Source: a bacterium (GTDB lineage Bacteria > JAHJDO01). From it: DNA of 64,000 nt. Of the stretch, positions 1 to 9,754 are shown piece after piece (positions within the stretch are counted from its first letter, which is position 1; each line of letters begins with the position of its first letter). The notes beneath the pieces are model-generated. The model did no database searches and was not told where the DNA came from. It saw only the letters and a list, made by a program, of their open reading frames with translations. The stretch lies in the NCBI GenBank assembly GCA_043824255.1, contig JBDRTG010000005.1:1-64000 (forward strand), read 5' to 3'. The position numbers and the translations under genes were made by a program.

Positions 1-795
1 GTATATAGAGAAAAATGGCATACCAAACAGCATATATTTGGACAAGCACACAACATATAAATCCAACGGGAAACCAACAATAGAAGACGAGTTAAACAAT
101 AGAAAGCCGCTGAGTCAATTTGAGAGAGCGTGTGAGGAGTTGGGAGTACATGTAATACATGCAGCTTCTCCGCAGGCAAAGGGAAGAATAGAGCGTCTTT
201 TTAAGACATTTCAGGATAGACTAATAAAGGAAATGAGACTTAGGGGAATTAAGACAAAAGAAGAAGCTAACAAGTTTCTGGATGAATATTTGCCAATCTA
301 TAATAAGAGGTTTGGATTCCAGCCGGCAAAGAAGACAAATTTACACAGAGCAGTTCCGGAAGGTACAAATCTGGATGATATTCTTTGCAGGAAGACAGAG
401 AGAGTATTAAGAAATGATTTCACAATAAGCTATGATAATAAGCTTTATCAGGTAGAAAACCGGATAAGAGCAAAGAAAGTTGTAGTCTGCGAACATATAG
501 ATGGGAGAATATCAATAGAATACAAAGGGGAAGCTTTAAACTACAGAGAAATAACAAACAGACCAAAGAGAGCTAATGATGAAAAAAACCCATATGAATT
601 CAAATTAAGAAAAGTCTATATACCGCCAAAGGATCATCCATGGAGAAAATACAAGACAAGGAGTTGTCCACAATATGCACAGAATTAACAAAAAGAAAAA
701 GTTTGATCAAAAAGAAAAAATTACTACTACTAATCTTAACAAAATAGGACATTTCTACTTTGGTAAGAATAGGACTTTCCTATTTTGGCTTGACA
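1..795 (+). mobile_element. Right part of an IS1202/ISNCY-like insertion sequence, ending in ...TTGACA
   Basis: Transposase followed by two subterminal repeats AATAGGAC(A/T)TT(T/C)CTA(C/T)TTTGG at 743-763 and 768-788 and a terminal ACA at 793-795. Confidence 0.75.
2..688 (+). CDS. ISNCY/IS1202-family DDE transposase, C-terminal part (5' end outside window)
   Basis: Frame open from base 2 (YIEKNGIPNSIYLDKHTTY); integrase-core motif A.SPQAKGRIERLFKTFQDRL; C-terminal P.KDHPW typical of these transposases. Confidence 0.88.
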   Translation, partial: YIEKNGIPNSIYLDKHTTYKSNGKPTIEDELNNRKPLSQFERACEELGVHVIHAASPQAKGRIERLFKTFQDRLIKEMRLRGIKTKEEANKFLDEYLPIYNKRFGFQPAKKTNLHRAVPEGTNLDDILCRKTERVLRNDFTISYDNKLYQVENRIRAKKVVVCEHIDGRISIEYKGEALNYREITNRPKRANDEKNPYEFKLRKVYIPPKDHPWRKYKTRSCPQYAQN

Positions 796-801
796 TTTAG
801 C

Positions 802-830
802 TTGACGAACAATCTCTCCAAAGCTATCAT
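802..830 (+). promoter_or_regulatory. Putative sigma70 promoter for the isomerase/dehydrogenase operon
   Basis: TTGACG (802-807), 17 nt, TATCAT (825-830). Confidence 0.5.
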
Positions 831-901
831 TAATTCAGTTGTGAGAAGTGTAATCTTGAGTTAATTAAAAATTAATAATTTAAAAATCCGGAGATTAAAG
901 A

Positions 902-2023
902 ATGAAAATGGACAAAAATACCTTAAATCAACTCCCAAAATTTCAAGGATATCTTGAAGGGAAAAAGCTTGATGCGTTTTTTGAAACATACCAGATAAAG
1001 TTTGCCGCGGGACATTGGTGCGCAGGAGACTTCTGCGACAGGTTTGCGCCTCTTGGATATAACAGTAATAAGGAAAATTTCAAAAATGATATTGTTTCCC
1101 AGATACAAAGAGTAGCAGAAGCAGGAATAAAGGGAATAGAATTTCATGAGGCTGTTTTTATAGACAAAAATTACAAAAAGGACCAGAAAGTCATAGATGA
1201 AGTAAAAAAAGCACTCAAGAAGTATAAAATGACGCCAACAAATATGAATACAAACCTCTGGACTGATCCAAAGTGGAAGCTCGGCGGAATAACAAATGCA
1301 AATCCAGCAGTAAGAAAAGATGCTCTCAAAATAGCGCTTCAGGGAGTTGAAATAGCAAAAGAAGTCGGATGTATAAGCGTTGCTCTGTGGCCTGGTTCAG
1401 ACGGCTGGGATTACAACTTTCAGGCTAATTATGGCGTGCTTCTTGACAGATTTGTACAGGGATGTATCGGGATAAATAAAAAAGCTAAAAAGCTTGGCCT
1501 AAAATTCGGAGTTGAAGCAAAGCTGCACGAGCCAAGAGAAGGTAATATGATCATATCAACAACTCCAAAGGCAATGCTTGTTGCAAGAGAAGTCAACTCT
1601 GCCTGTGGAGGGAAAAACATGGGTGTTGCAATAGATTACGGACATGAGCAGATGTACGGAAATGAGCCGGCAGATAATTTATACACCGCTAAGGAATTTA
1701 GCATACCTGTTGTCAATTTCCATGTTAATAACGCAAAATTGCATTCCAATGATGAGGACAGAGTTGCCGGAACAGGAGATAACTGGAGACTCGCTGATTT
1801 CTGCTACGCGGCAATTGATACAGGATATCAGGGATGGTTTGGAGAAGATCAGTTTACTTATAGGATGGACCCTGTAAAGGCAATGTCACTCTCAAGAGAA
1901 TTATTTGCTAATATGATGAAAAAGGCTCTTATGATTTATGCTAGACGAGATGAATTAAAGAAAGCTCAAGCAACAGGTGATGCAGGAAAAACAATAGATG
2001 TGGTAAAAAGGATACTAACCTAG
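902..2023 (+). CDS. Xylose isomerase-like TIM-barrel sugar isomerase
   Basis: Motifs EFH, WPGSDG, EAKLHEPR (cf. EPKPNEPR), DYGHE, DED, DQF match xylose/rhamnose isomerase metal sites. Confidence 0.75.
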   Translation: MKMDKNTLNQLPKFQGYLEGKKLDAFFETYQIKFAAGHWCAGDFCDRFAPLGYNSNKENFKNDIVSQIQRVAEAGIKGIEFHEAVFIDKNYKKDQKVIDEVKKALKKYKMTPTNMNTNLWTDPKWKLGGITNANPAVRKDALKIALQGVEIAKEVGCISVALWPGSDGWDYNFQANYGVLLDRFVQGCIGINKKAKKLGLKFGVEAKLHEPREGNMIISTTPKAMLVAREVNSACGGKNMGVAIDYGHEQMYGNEPADNLYTAKEFSIPVVNFHVNNAKLHSNDEDRVAGTGDNWRLADFCYAAIDTGYQGWFGEDQFTYRMDPVKAMSLSRELFANMMKKALMIYARRDELKKAQATGDAGKTIDVVKRILT

Positions 2024-2024
2024 A

Positions 2025-3059
2025 ATGAAAGCAATCAAACTTGTAGATTTGAGAAAACTTGAAATGCTGGATATTCCCAGACCAGAAATAGTTAACTCAG
2101 ACGATGTATTGATTAAAATAAAATCCGTTGGTATCTGCGGTTCAGATGTTCACTATTATAATACAGGAAGGATTGGTTCTATGATAGTTGAATATCCCTT
2201 TACATTAGGACATGAGTGTTCAGGCATAGTGGAAGATACGGGATTTGAAGCCAAAAAGATAAAAATCGGAGATAAGGTAGCTATAGATCCTGCAATAACC
2301 TGTGGAAAATGCGATCAGTGCGTTATGGGCAGGGAAAACACCTGCAGACGCCTCAAATTTCTCGGATGCCCCGGTCAGGCAGAAGGCTCTTTTTCGGAAC
2401 ATATCGTAATGCCTGAGACCAGTCTATACAAAGTCCCCTATACTATGAGTTTTGAACAAGCAGTCCTGTCAGAGCCATTGTGTATTGGCTCATATGCTGT
2501 AAGAATCAGCATGCAAAAAGAACACCAGAATATCGCAATACTTGGACTGGGGCCAATAGGGCTATCTGTGCTGATCTTTTCAAAATTAAAAAATCCGAAA
2601 AATATATTTGGAACTGATCTAATTAATGAAAGATTAGATGTTGCAAGAAGGCTCAGTATAAACTATGGATTTAATCCAACCAAAGAAAATATTATTGAGA
2701 AAATAAACAACATCTGCCAAGACGGCGTTGATATTGTATTTGAATGTGCAGGAGAACAGAAAACACTTGATCAGGCAATAGATATATTAAGACCTGGCGG
2801 CAAGTTAATAATGATAGGAATTCCCCAAACAGAAACCATATCATTTGTCCCTGATAAAATGCGCAGAAAAGAATTAACACTTATAAATATTCGCCGTCAG
2901 TGTGGAGAACTTCCTGAAGTTATAGAAAATATTGCTCAAGACAGAATAAAATTAGATCCTTTCATAACACATAGATTCAAACCAGAACAGGCTACTGAAG
3001 CATTTGAACTTGTTTCCAATTACAAAGATGGTGTTATTAAGGCATTTATCTCTTTTTGA
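2025..3059 (+). CDS. Zn-dependent polyol (sorbitol/xylitol-type) dehydrogenase
   Basis: GICGSD, GHE, CGKCDQC...C structural Zn site, GLGPIG Rossmann motif. Confidence 0.85.
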   Translation: MKAIKLVDLRKLEMLDIPRPEIVNSDDVLIKIKSVGICGSDVHYYNTGRIGSMIVEYPFTLGHECSGIVEDTGFEAKKIKIGDKVAIDPAITCGKCDQCVMGRENTCRRLKFLGCPGQAEGSFSEHIVMPETSLYKVPYTMSFEQAVLSEPLCIGSYAVRISMQKEHQNIAILGLGPIGLSVLIFSKLKNPKNIFGTDLINERLDVARRLSINYGFNPTKENIIEKINNICQDGVDIVFECAGEQKTLDQAIDILRPGGKLIMIGIPQTETISFVPDKMRRKELTLINIRRQCGELPEVIENIAQDRIKLDPFITHRFKPEQATEAFELVSNYKDGVIKAFISF

Positions 3060-3083
3060 ATCTTAACTTAATATGGAGAAGAA

Positions 3084-3209
3084 ATGTTTAAAGATATAAA
3101 AGACGGTTGGAAGTATACGAAAGCGAAGTACAAAATTAAAGGATGGGATATCTTTGCCATCCTGGCAACAGTTGCTATGATAACACTTCTTGCCCTTCTT
3201 TATTGGTAA
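3084..3209 (+). CDS. Small 41-aa single-pass membrane protein (below ORF-track cutoff)
   Basis: GGAG RBS then ATG; MFKDIKDGWKYTKAKYKIKGWDIFAILATVAMITLLALLYW*; fills the intergenic gap. Confidence 0.5.
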   Translation: MFKDIKDGWKYTKAKYKIKGWDIFAILATVAMITLLALLYW

Positions 3210-3210
3210 C

Positions 3211-4548
3211 TCAAATCTTAGCAACTACATCAACAAATCTGTCAATCTGTTCTTTTGTTCTCATCTCAGTTACACACATGAGCATGCAATCCTTTAACTC
3301 AGGATAAAACTTATTAACTGAGAGACCGCCAATTATCTTATGCTCTAATAATCTCCTATTAATTTCTTCAGGATTTCTGGGGCATTGTATAAGAAACTCT
3401 TTAAAAAATGGCTGCTTGAATTTCAGAGTATATCCATTTATGCTTTCAATCTGTTTTTGAGCATAATGAGCTTTCTGCAAACATAAATTACCTACACCGG
3501 TAATGCCCTGTTTCCCCATACATGAAAGATATACAGTACAAGCAAGAGCGTTTAAAGCCTGATTAGAACAGATATTAGAAGTTGCTCTTGCTCTTCTTAT
3601 ATGCTGTTCACGTGTTTGCAGTGTGAGAACATATCCGGACTTCCCATTTTTATCCTTCGTTCTCCCCACAATTCTTCCGGGCAGTTGCCGAAGAAAATCC
3701 TTCTTGCAGGAGAAAAGCCCTAAATAAGGACCTCCAAAAGCAAGGTTATTACCAAGAGACTGCCCTTCCCCAACAACAATATCTGCTCCATATTCTCCGG
3801 GTGGAGCTAAAATGCCGAGAGATAAAGGATCAATACACATAATAAACAGCGATTTCTTAGAATGGACAATGTGCTCAATAGTATCCACGTGTTCAAGACA
3901 TCCAAAAAAGTTTGGATTCTGAATTATTACACACGCTGTATTGTCATCCATTAATTCCTTGAGCATATCTATGTCCACTATCCCCTCTTTAGACTGCAGC
4001 TCATACAACTCTAATCCTGCTGCTCGCGTATATGTCTTCAAAACCTGGCGGTAATGCGGATGAGCTGTTTCTGAGACAACAATCTTCTTTAAACCAGTAA
4101 TCCTTGATGCCATAAAAGCTGCTTCAGACACTGCTGATGCTCCATCATACATGGATGCATTTGAAACATCCATTCCGGTAAGTTCACATATAAGAGACTG
4201 ATATTCATATATTGCCTGCAATGTACCCTGACTTGCTTCAGCCTGATATGGAGTATAAGCAGTATAAAACTCTGACCTGCCTATAATATGCTTCACAACA
4301 CTTGGAATAAAATGTTCATACGCTCCCCCGCCAAGAAACGATGTATAATCTTTTAAACCAGCATTTTTCTCCCCTATCTCTTTTATAAGGGCTGAAACTT
4401 CCATTTCAGACAGGGATTTCGGCAACTTTAATTTGCCCTTTAACTTAACTCTCTGGTCTATCCCTATAAATAAATCATCTATAGATTTACATCCTATAGC
4501 CTCTAACATTTCTTTCTTATCTCTGGAAGTATTAGGTATATATACCAT
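3211..4548 (-). CDS. gcvPA: Glycine dehydrogenase (decarboxylating) subunit 1
   Basis: FYTAYTPYQAEASQG, NASMYDGA, TREQHIRRARATSNICSNQ; start MVYIPNT preferred. Confidence 0.95.
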   Translation of the reverse strand: MVYIPNTSRDKKEMLEAIGCKSIDDLFIGIDQRVKLKGKLKLPKSLSEMEVSALIKEIGEKNAGLKDYTSFLGGGAYEHFIPSVVKHIIGRSEFYTAYTPYQAEASQGTLQAIYEYQSLICELTGMDVSNASMYDGASAVSEAAFMASRITGLKKIVVSETAHPHYRQVLKTYTRAAGLELYELQSKEGIVDIDMLKELMDDNTACVIIQNPNFFGCLEHVDTIEHIVHSKKSLFIMCIDPLSLGILAPPGEYGADIVVGEGQSLGNNLAFGGPYLGLFSCKKDFLRQLPGRIVGRTKDKNGKSGYVLTLQTREQHIRRARATSNICSNQALNALACTVYLSCMGKQGITGVGNLCLQKAHYAQKQIESINGYTLKFKQPFFKEFLIQCPRNPEEINRRLLEHKIIGGLSVNKFYPELKDCMLMCVTEMRTKEQIDRFVDVVAKI

Positions 4549-4912
4549 TGTATTTTTCATAATCCATTAATGAATTGAGCTCAGAAACATCGGATAATTC
4601 TATTTCTATCATCCATCCATCCCCATAGGGGTCTGAGGTAACCTTTTCAGGGCTGTCTTTTATTAATTGGTTTACAGTTACAACCTTTCCTGTTACCGGT
4701 GAATTTAAATCAAAAACCGCTTTAACAGACTCAACCGTTCCAAATGGTTTTCCCTGGCTGACTTGTACTCCAACTTCAGGGAGTTCAATAAAAACCACCT
4801 CATTTAATTCTTTTACTGCATGCTCCGAGAGACCTACTCTGCCGATATTTCCTGAGACATTAATCCATTCATGTGTTTCTAAGAATTTGAATCCCTTTTT
4901 CTCTATTCCCAT
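4532..4912 (-). CDS. gcvH: Glycine cleavage system H protein
   Basis: HEW, lipoyl-Lys motif VESVKAV, DPYGDGW. Confidence 0.95.
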   Translation of the reverse strand: MGIEKKGFKFLETHEWINVSGNIGRVGLSEHAVKELNEVVFIELPEVGVQVSQGKPFGTVESVKAVFDLNSPVTGKVVTVNQLIKDSPEKVTSDPYGDGWMIEIELSDVSELNSLMDYEKYNGIYT

Positions 4913-4914
4913 TA

Positions 4915-5988
4915 CTATCCCTTCCTTTTATAAAATGGCTTCTTTATAATAATTGCTTCATAACCTTTATCTCTTATAACAATATCTATCTTTGTGTTTA
5001 AATCCGAGTACTCTTCCCCTATATACCCCAATCCTATTGCTTCATTCAAAGTCGGAGACATTGTGCCGCTTGTCACCTTTCCAGCTATTTTACCATTTTT
5101 AACTATTTTATATCCATGCCTTGGTATGCCTCTATCCAGCATACGAAACGCAACCAGTTTTTTCCTTATTCCTTCTTTCTTTATCCTTTCAATCGCATCT
5201 TTTCCTATGAACTCTTTTTTATTGCTGTCTACAAAATATACTAATCCGGCTTCCAACGGATTAGTATCTATATCTAATTCATGTCCATAAAGAGGCATTG
5301 CTGCTTCTAAACGCAAAGTATCCCGTGCTCCAAGCCCTATTGGTTTAATTGCATATTCTCTTCCTGCATCAAGTATAGCTTCCCATATCTTCGTGTCGCA
5401 TTCTGCATATATTTCAAACCCGTCTTCCCCTGTATAACCTGTTCGTGATATCAGGGACTTCGTCCCGTTTATCTCCCCCATTTTGAAATAATAATACTTT
5501 ATCTCCTTTAAATCTATACTTGCGATCTTCTGAAGACACATCTCAGCACTTGGACCCTGTACTGCTAACATTAAAATATTCTTTGATACATTACTAATCT
5601 CTACATCTCTAATTTTATGCGCGTTAAACCATTCAAAATCTTTCTGAGTATTAGACGCATTTACTATAACAAGATAACTATTACTTTTCCTATACACAAG
5701 AACATCATCAATAATTCCGCCTAAATCATTACAAACCGGAGAATACTGAACCTGTCCGATTGTAATTTTAGAAATATTGTTAGTTGCTATCTGTTGCAGA
5801 AATTCTAATGCATTATCTCCTGAAACACTAATCTGCCCCATATGACATAGGTCAAAAAGCCCGACATTTTTTCTGACACAATTGTGTTCATCTGAAACAG
5901 TAGTATAATAAACAGGCATTTCCCATCCGCCAAATTCAACCATTCTCGCTTTATTAGCAACATGCCACTCATATAACGGGGTTTTCAT
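4915..5988 (-). CDS. gcvT: Aminomethyltransferase (T protein)
   Basis: KTPLY, FGGWEMP, SRTGYTGEDGFE, GLGARDTLRLEA. Confidence 0.96.
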   Translation of the reverse strand: MKTPLYEWHVANKARMVEFGGWEMPVYYTTVSDEHNCVRKNVGLFDLCHMGQISVSGDNALEFLQQIATNNISKITIGQVQYSPVCNDLGGIIDDVLVYRKSNSYLVIVNASNTQKDFEWFNAHKIRDVEISNVSKNILMLAVQGPSAEMCLQKIASIDLKEIKYYYFKMGEINGTKSLISRTGYTGEDGFEIYAECDTKIWEAILDAGREYAIKPIGLGARDTLRLEAAMPLYGHELDIDTNPLEAGLVYFVDSNKKEFIGKDAIERIKKEGIRKKLVAFRMLDRGIPRHGYKIVKNGKIAGKVTSGTMSPTLNEAIGLGYIGEEYSDLNTKIDIVIRDKGYEAIIIKKPFYKRKG

Positions 5989-6007
5989 AAAAACCTTCTT
6001 TTATTCC

Positions 6008-6046
6008 AAAAAAAATAGGGAGAATGATTATTCCAATCACTCTCCC
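6008..6046 (-). terminator. Intrinsic terminator (riboswitch expression platform)
   Basis: Minus strand GGGAGAGUGAUU...AAUCAUUCUCCC followed by a U-run; 5' arm overlaps the 3' end of aptamer 2. Confidence 0.8.
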
Positions 6047-6226
6047 CTGTCCTTTTTAACCTGAGAGATCTTTCCCTAAACTCTATTCAGAGAAATTACC
6101 CCTTCGGTAATCCTGTTTTCTCCAGAGGCCCATCAGAACGCAGTCCTTTTGCCTGAGAGTATTACCCCTTCGGCGCTCTAAGCTGAAATACACAACCGCT
6201 AGCTTAGAATCTCTCCCACATTCATC
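6042..6226 (-). ncRNA. Tandem glycine riboswitch
   Basis: Two aptamers, each with GGAGA...CCGAAGG...CUCUCAGG...GGAC, directly upstream of gcvT. Confidence 0.92.
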
Positions 6227-6252
6227 AAATGGGTAAATTTAAATTGTATTTT

Positions 6253-6281
6253 ATGATAGCAATCTAATATGCTAAGTTCAA
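6253..6281 (-). promoter_or_regulatory. Putative sigma70 promoter of the gcv leader
   Basis: TTGAAC, 17 nt, TATCAT on the minus strand. Confidence 0.45.
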
Positions 6282-6290
6282 GAAAAATTT

Positions 6291-8531
6291 TCAGAGCGTA
6301 TTCATCGGATCAATATCCACTATTATATTAGTTTTGCCCATTTGCAACTTGCTGTTTTTTAGTCCCTTCATAGACCTTTCAATAAACATGTTTATTTTTC
6401 CCGGCATCTTATGTTTTATAAGAATATGCCAGCGATACTGATTCTTTATTTTTGCCATAGGAGCTGGAGCCGGGCCAAGAAGCTTACAATCCTGACCGCT
6501 CAATTCTTTCTTCAGCAGAAAAACCAAACCATTAGACACTCTTACAACCTTTGCGCTGTCATGTCCTTTGACGGTTATTAGAACTATGTGTTTGAAAGGC
6601 GGGTAGTTAAGACCTTTTCTGAAAAGCATTTCCTTTTTGTAGAAATCATTATAATTATAGGTGCTTGAAGCAATAATACTAAAATGATTTGGATTATAAG
6701 TTTGAATAATAACCTCGCCTGGGACGGGCCCTCTGCCTGAACGGCCTGCAATCTGTGTTAAAAGCTGGAATGTTCTTTCTCCTGAGCGGAAGTCCGGGAA
6801 AAAAAGACTTGTATCGGCAGAAATAACACCTACCAATGTAACTTTTGGAAAATCCAGTCCTTTTGCTATCATCTGCGTTCCTATAAGTATATCAAATTCA
6901 TGATGCTTGAATCCCCTTAATATTCCCTGATGAGAATTCTTTCTAGTTGTAGTATCCGTATCCATTCTCTGATATTTCGCATGAGGAAATAAGTTTGATA
7001 TTTCTTCCTCTACCTTCTCTGTTCCATAACCACTGTATTTTACATAGAAGGCCTGGCACTCAGGACATATATTTGGAGGTTTATCCTCAAAATTGCAATA
7101 ATGGCATCTCACTTTGTCCTGTTGTGAATGATAAACCAGCGACACGTTACATTCCGGACATCTTGCAACATAGCCGCATTTATAGCACATAATGTATGTT
7201 GAAAAACCCCGCCTATTTAAAAACAATATTATTTGCTCTTTCTTTGAAAGTTTATCCTTGATAGCCAGTAGCAGTGGCTTTGAGAAAACCTGAGACTCAG
7301 GAATCTTCACATTGCGATCCTGCATATCAACAATCCTGACATCAGGCAGCTTTCTTTTATCTATCCGCTCTTTCAACTCAATAAGTTCATACTTCCCTGC
7401 CTCTATATTATAATATGTCTCAAGGGAAGGAGTGGCTGTTCCAAGCAAAACCGTTATATTAGCGAGTTTTCCGCGCATTATAGCCACATCCCTGCCATTA
7501 TATCTGGGCGCCTCTCCCTGTTTATATGCAGGCTCATGTGATTCATCCACTATTATCAGCCCGGGATTGGCAAACGGCGCAAATATGGCTGACCTTGCAC
7601 CGACAACAATATCTACTTTTCCCCTTTTGATTTTCTCCCATTCATCATATCTCTCCCCTTTGGATAAGCGGCTGTGTAATATGGCAACTCTGTCTCCAAA
7701 GCGTGATTTGAATATTTGAATGATTTGTGAAGCTAAAGATATTTCAGGAACAAGTACGATTGCCTGTTTTTTGTTTTTTATGCAGAAATCAATTGCCTGA
7801 AGATAAATCTCTGTTTTTCCACTGCCTGTAATACCATGCAGCAAAAAGGTATTGAACCCACCTTTTTTAATAGAATTTATTACCTTGTTAAAAACTCTAC
7901 CTTGCTCACTGGTTAGAGAAAGGTGTTGAGTGTTCATAACAGTCTCTTTAGCAAACGGGTCTCTGTAAAAAATCTTATGACTTACACCTACATATTCATT
8001 CTTCTTCAATGATTTCACAACAGCTTCTGTCACACCTGCGATATTACATAACGCCTTACATTCCATACAAAGCCCTTTAGCAGATAATAATATCTTCAGA
8101 ACTTTTATCTGTTTAGCGGATTTTATCTTTTTGGAATCAATGTCAGAACAGATTGTCTTTTGAGGTTTTGCTACAGATACAATTCTCTGCTTTTTGCGTG
8201 AGATGACTTCTTTTTTCATGCCCGGCGGCAAGGCTGTCTCAAGCACCATTCCCCAACTGCAGAAATAATACCTGCTTATCCACTTTGTGAACTCAAGCAT
8301 CTTTTCATCAAACACTGGAAAATTATCCAGCAATCTGCTTATAGCTTTTAGATTCTTATAAACAGCTTTATCCGTAATGCTTACAACATATCCAATGCTC
8401 TTACGCCTGCCAAAGGGCACGGATACCCGCATCCCGACCTCAATCCTATATCCAATGCTCTCAGGTATCTCATACTGAAATTCCTTATCAACTGCTATTG
8501 GAAATACAACATTTGCAAATTTCTTATTCAT
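6291..8531 (-). CDS. priA: Primosomal protein N' (replication restart helicase)
   Basis: GITGSGKTE, DESH, four CxxC motifs, GTQMIAKGLDFP, terminal DIDP. Confidence 0.96.
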   Translation of the reverse strand: MNKKFANVVFPIAVDKEFQYEIPESIGYRIEVGMRVSVPFGRRKSIGYVVSITDKAVYKNLKAISRLLDNFPVFDEKMLEFTKWISRYYFCSWGMVLETALPPGMKKEVISRKKQRIVSVAKPQKTICSDIDSKKIKSAKQIKVLKILLSAKGLCMECKALCNIAGVTEAVVKSLKKNEYVGVSHKIFYRDPFAKETVMNTQHLSLTSEQGRVFNKVINSIKKGGFNTFLLHGITGSGKTEIYLQAIDFCIKNKKQAIVLVPEISLASQIIQIFKSRFGDRVAILHSRLSKGERYDEWEKIKRGKVDIVVGARSAIFAPFANPGLIIVDESHEPAYKQGEAPRYNGRDVAIMRGKLANITVLLGTATPSLETYYNIEAGKYELIELKERIDKRKLPDVRIVDMQDRNVKIPESQVFSKPLLLAIKDKLSKKEQIILFLNRRGFSTYIMCYKCGYVARCPECNVSLVYHSQQDKVRCHYCNFEDKPPNICPECQAFYVKYSGYGTEKVEEEISNLFPHAKYQRMDTDTTTRKNSHQGILRGFKHHEFDILIGTQMIAKGLDFPKVTLVGVISADTSLFFPDFRSGERTFQLLTQIAGRSGRGPVPGEVIIQTYNPNHFSIIASSTYNYNDFYKKEMLFRKGLNYPPFKHIVLITVKGHDSAKVVRVSNGLVFLLKKELSGQDCKLLGPAPAPMAKIKNQYRWHILIKHKMPGKINMFIERSMKGLKNSKLQMGKTNIIVDIDPMNTL

Positions 8532-8573
8532 CCATTGTATAATAACCTAATTTTGCTACACTATAAATAGCTT
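8520..8573. repeat. Degenerate 54-bp direct repeat, copy 1 (priA first 4 codons plus leader); copy 2 at 12015-12068
   Basis: Ungapped 42/54 identity by manual alignment; all 12 differences are transitions. Confidence 0.7.
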
Positions 8574-8737
8574 ATATGTGTTTTTGTAATATGCTGTAAA
8601 AATGGTCATGGAAAGCAAAATAACCCATGGGTCAAGCTGTGTTTTGATTTTTAAAGTATTTGAATATTTAAAAAAACAAATAAAGTAAATCTCATTATAC
8701 TAAATCAACTTAAAATAAATATTAGGAGAAAGTAAGA

Positions 8738-9229
8738 ATGGCTAATGCAGAATTAAAAATTAATAATTTAGCATCATCGAGTGGGAAAAAATATGGTATA
8801 AATAAATTGATACTTGGAGAATATCAATATATGGACAGACAGTATCAGTTTAACTATATTCCAAAAGAATTAAATGGATGTACTCATATAAAAACACATG
8901 GTAATGATAAATTAATAAATGAAAAAGAAATTTGTGTATCATTTGAAGTTGACTGTCCTGTTGAGGTATACATATTATACGCAGATAAATTTCCTATACT
9001 ACCCGAATGGCTTAGTCAATATGAAAGAACGAGATATAATGTTACAAGACAGGATTCAAGATCAGATAATCTAAAAGGCTATTTTGGTCTGTATCGAAAA
9101 TCTTTTTCAAATGGTACTATTAATTTCTATGGATGCTCGCCAAGTAAAATGCTTGCAGAAGAATGGTATGTGCAATCGGGTGGTGCTAATTATTGCATGT
9201 ATACAATTGCTGTATTAAAAAAAGACTAA
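8738..9229 (+). CDS. Hypothetical protein; resembles accessory beta-domains of glycoside hydrolases
   Basis: AGGAG RBS, 163-aa ORF; DRxYxF..IP.EL.G...IKT..ND pattern recalled from carbohydrate-enzyme accessory domains (weak). Confidence 0.6.
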   Translation: MANAELKINNLASSSGKKYGINKLILGEYQYMDRQYQFNYIPKELNGCTHIKTHGNDKLINEKEICVSFEVDCPVEVYILYADKFPILPEWLSQYERTRYNVTRQDSRSDNLKGYFGLYRKSFSNGTINFYGCSPSKMLAEEWYVQSGGANYCMYTIAVLKKD

Positions 9230-9346
9230 ATATTTGTCGACCTCGTTAAGCCCGGACGGAACGTCATACGCAATTCAAAAAATATTTTTCTAATGAGGAT
9301 AAGGAATTATAGATTTTCGACGGGAAGCCAAGAACTAATTAATAGA

Positions 9347-9388
9347 TTACTTAACTTTCTTTCGAGATGAGGATGCTCTTCTGTGGCG
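9347..9388. repeat. Exact 42-bp direct repeat of the typA 3' end (other copy 10191-10232)
   Basis: TTACTTAACTTTCTTTCGAGATGAGGATGCTCTTCTGTGGCG is identical at both positions. Confidence 0.95.
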
Positions 9389-9397
9389 AATCCCCTA

Positions 9398-9447
9398 TTG
9401 ACTTCTCACAACCTCTATGTTAACCTGCATACGTATGGTTAACATAG
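9398..9447 (+). promoter_or_regulatory. TA operon promoter with overlapping palindromic operator
   Basis: TTGACT (9398-9403), 17 nt, extended -10 TGnTAACCT; perfect 11-bp inverted repeat CTATGTTAACC (9415-9425)/GGTTAACATAG (9437-9447); extra GTTAACATA at 9467-9475. Confidence 0.7.
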
Positions 9448-9496
9448 GTTAATCAAAATAGTTTCTGTTAACATAAAAGCTAAAAGGACGATTGCT

Positions 9497-9754
9497 ATGA
9501 AACAAAGTGAATATATTACCATTCCTCAGTTAGCTGAAATTTTAGGCATAACACGTATTGCGGTTTATACAAAGGTCAAAAAAGGCCAGATAAAAGCCGT
9601 GAAAATTGGAAGAAATTACGCTATACCAAGGAAATACGTTGCTAATATATTAGGAACTGCCTTAAGCCCGGAAGCCAAAGCAGAGATTGATAAAGCTGTA
9701 AAAAAGACGGTTAAAGAATACGGAGAGGTTCTCAAACTTCTGGGTAGAGAATAA
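9497..9754 (+). CDS. Excisionase-type HTH protein, probable antitoxin
   Basis: YITIPQLAEILGITRIAVY..VKKGQIKA.KIGRNY (HTH_17-like); TAATG overlap with the toxin gene. Confidence 0.75.
   Translation: MKQSEYITIPQLAEILGITRIAVYTKVKKGQIKAVKIGRNYAIPRKYVANILGTALSPEAKAEIDKAVKKTVKEYGEVLKLLGRE

Noticed and set aside
9236..9276. attC-like right arm (AACGTCATACGCAAT) after the 163-aa orphan
   Set aside because: The core is not GTTRRRY and no matching left arm or hairpin was found
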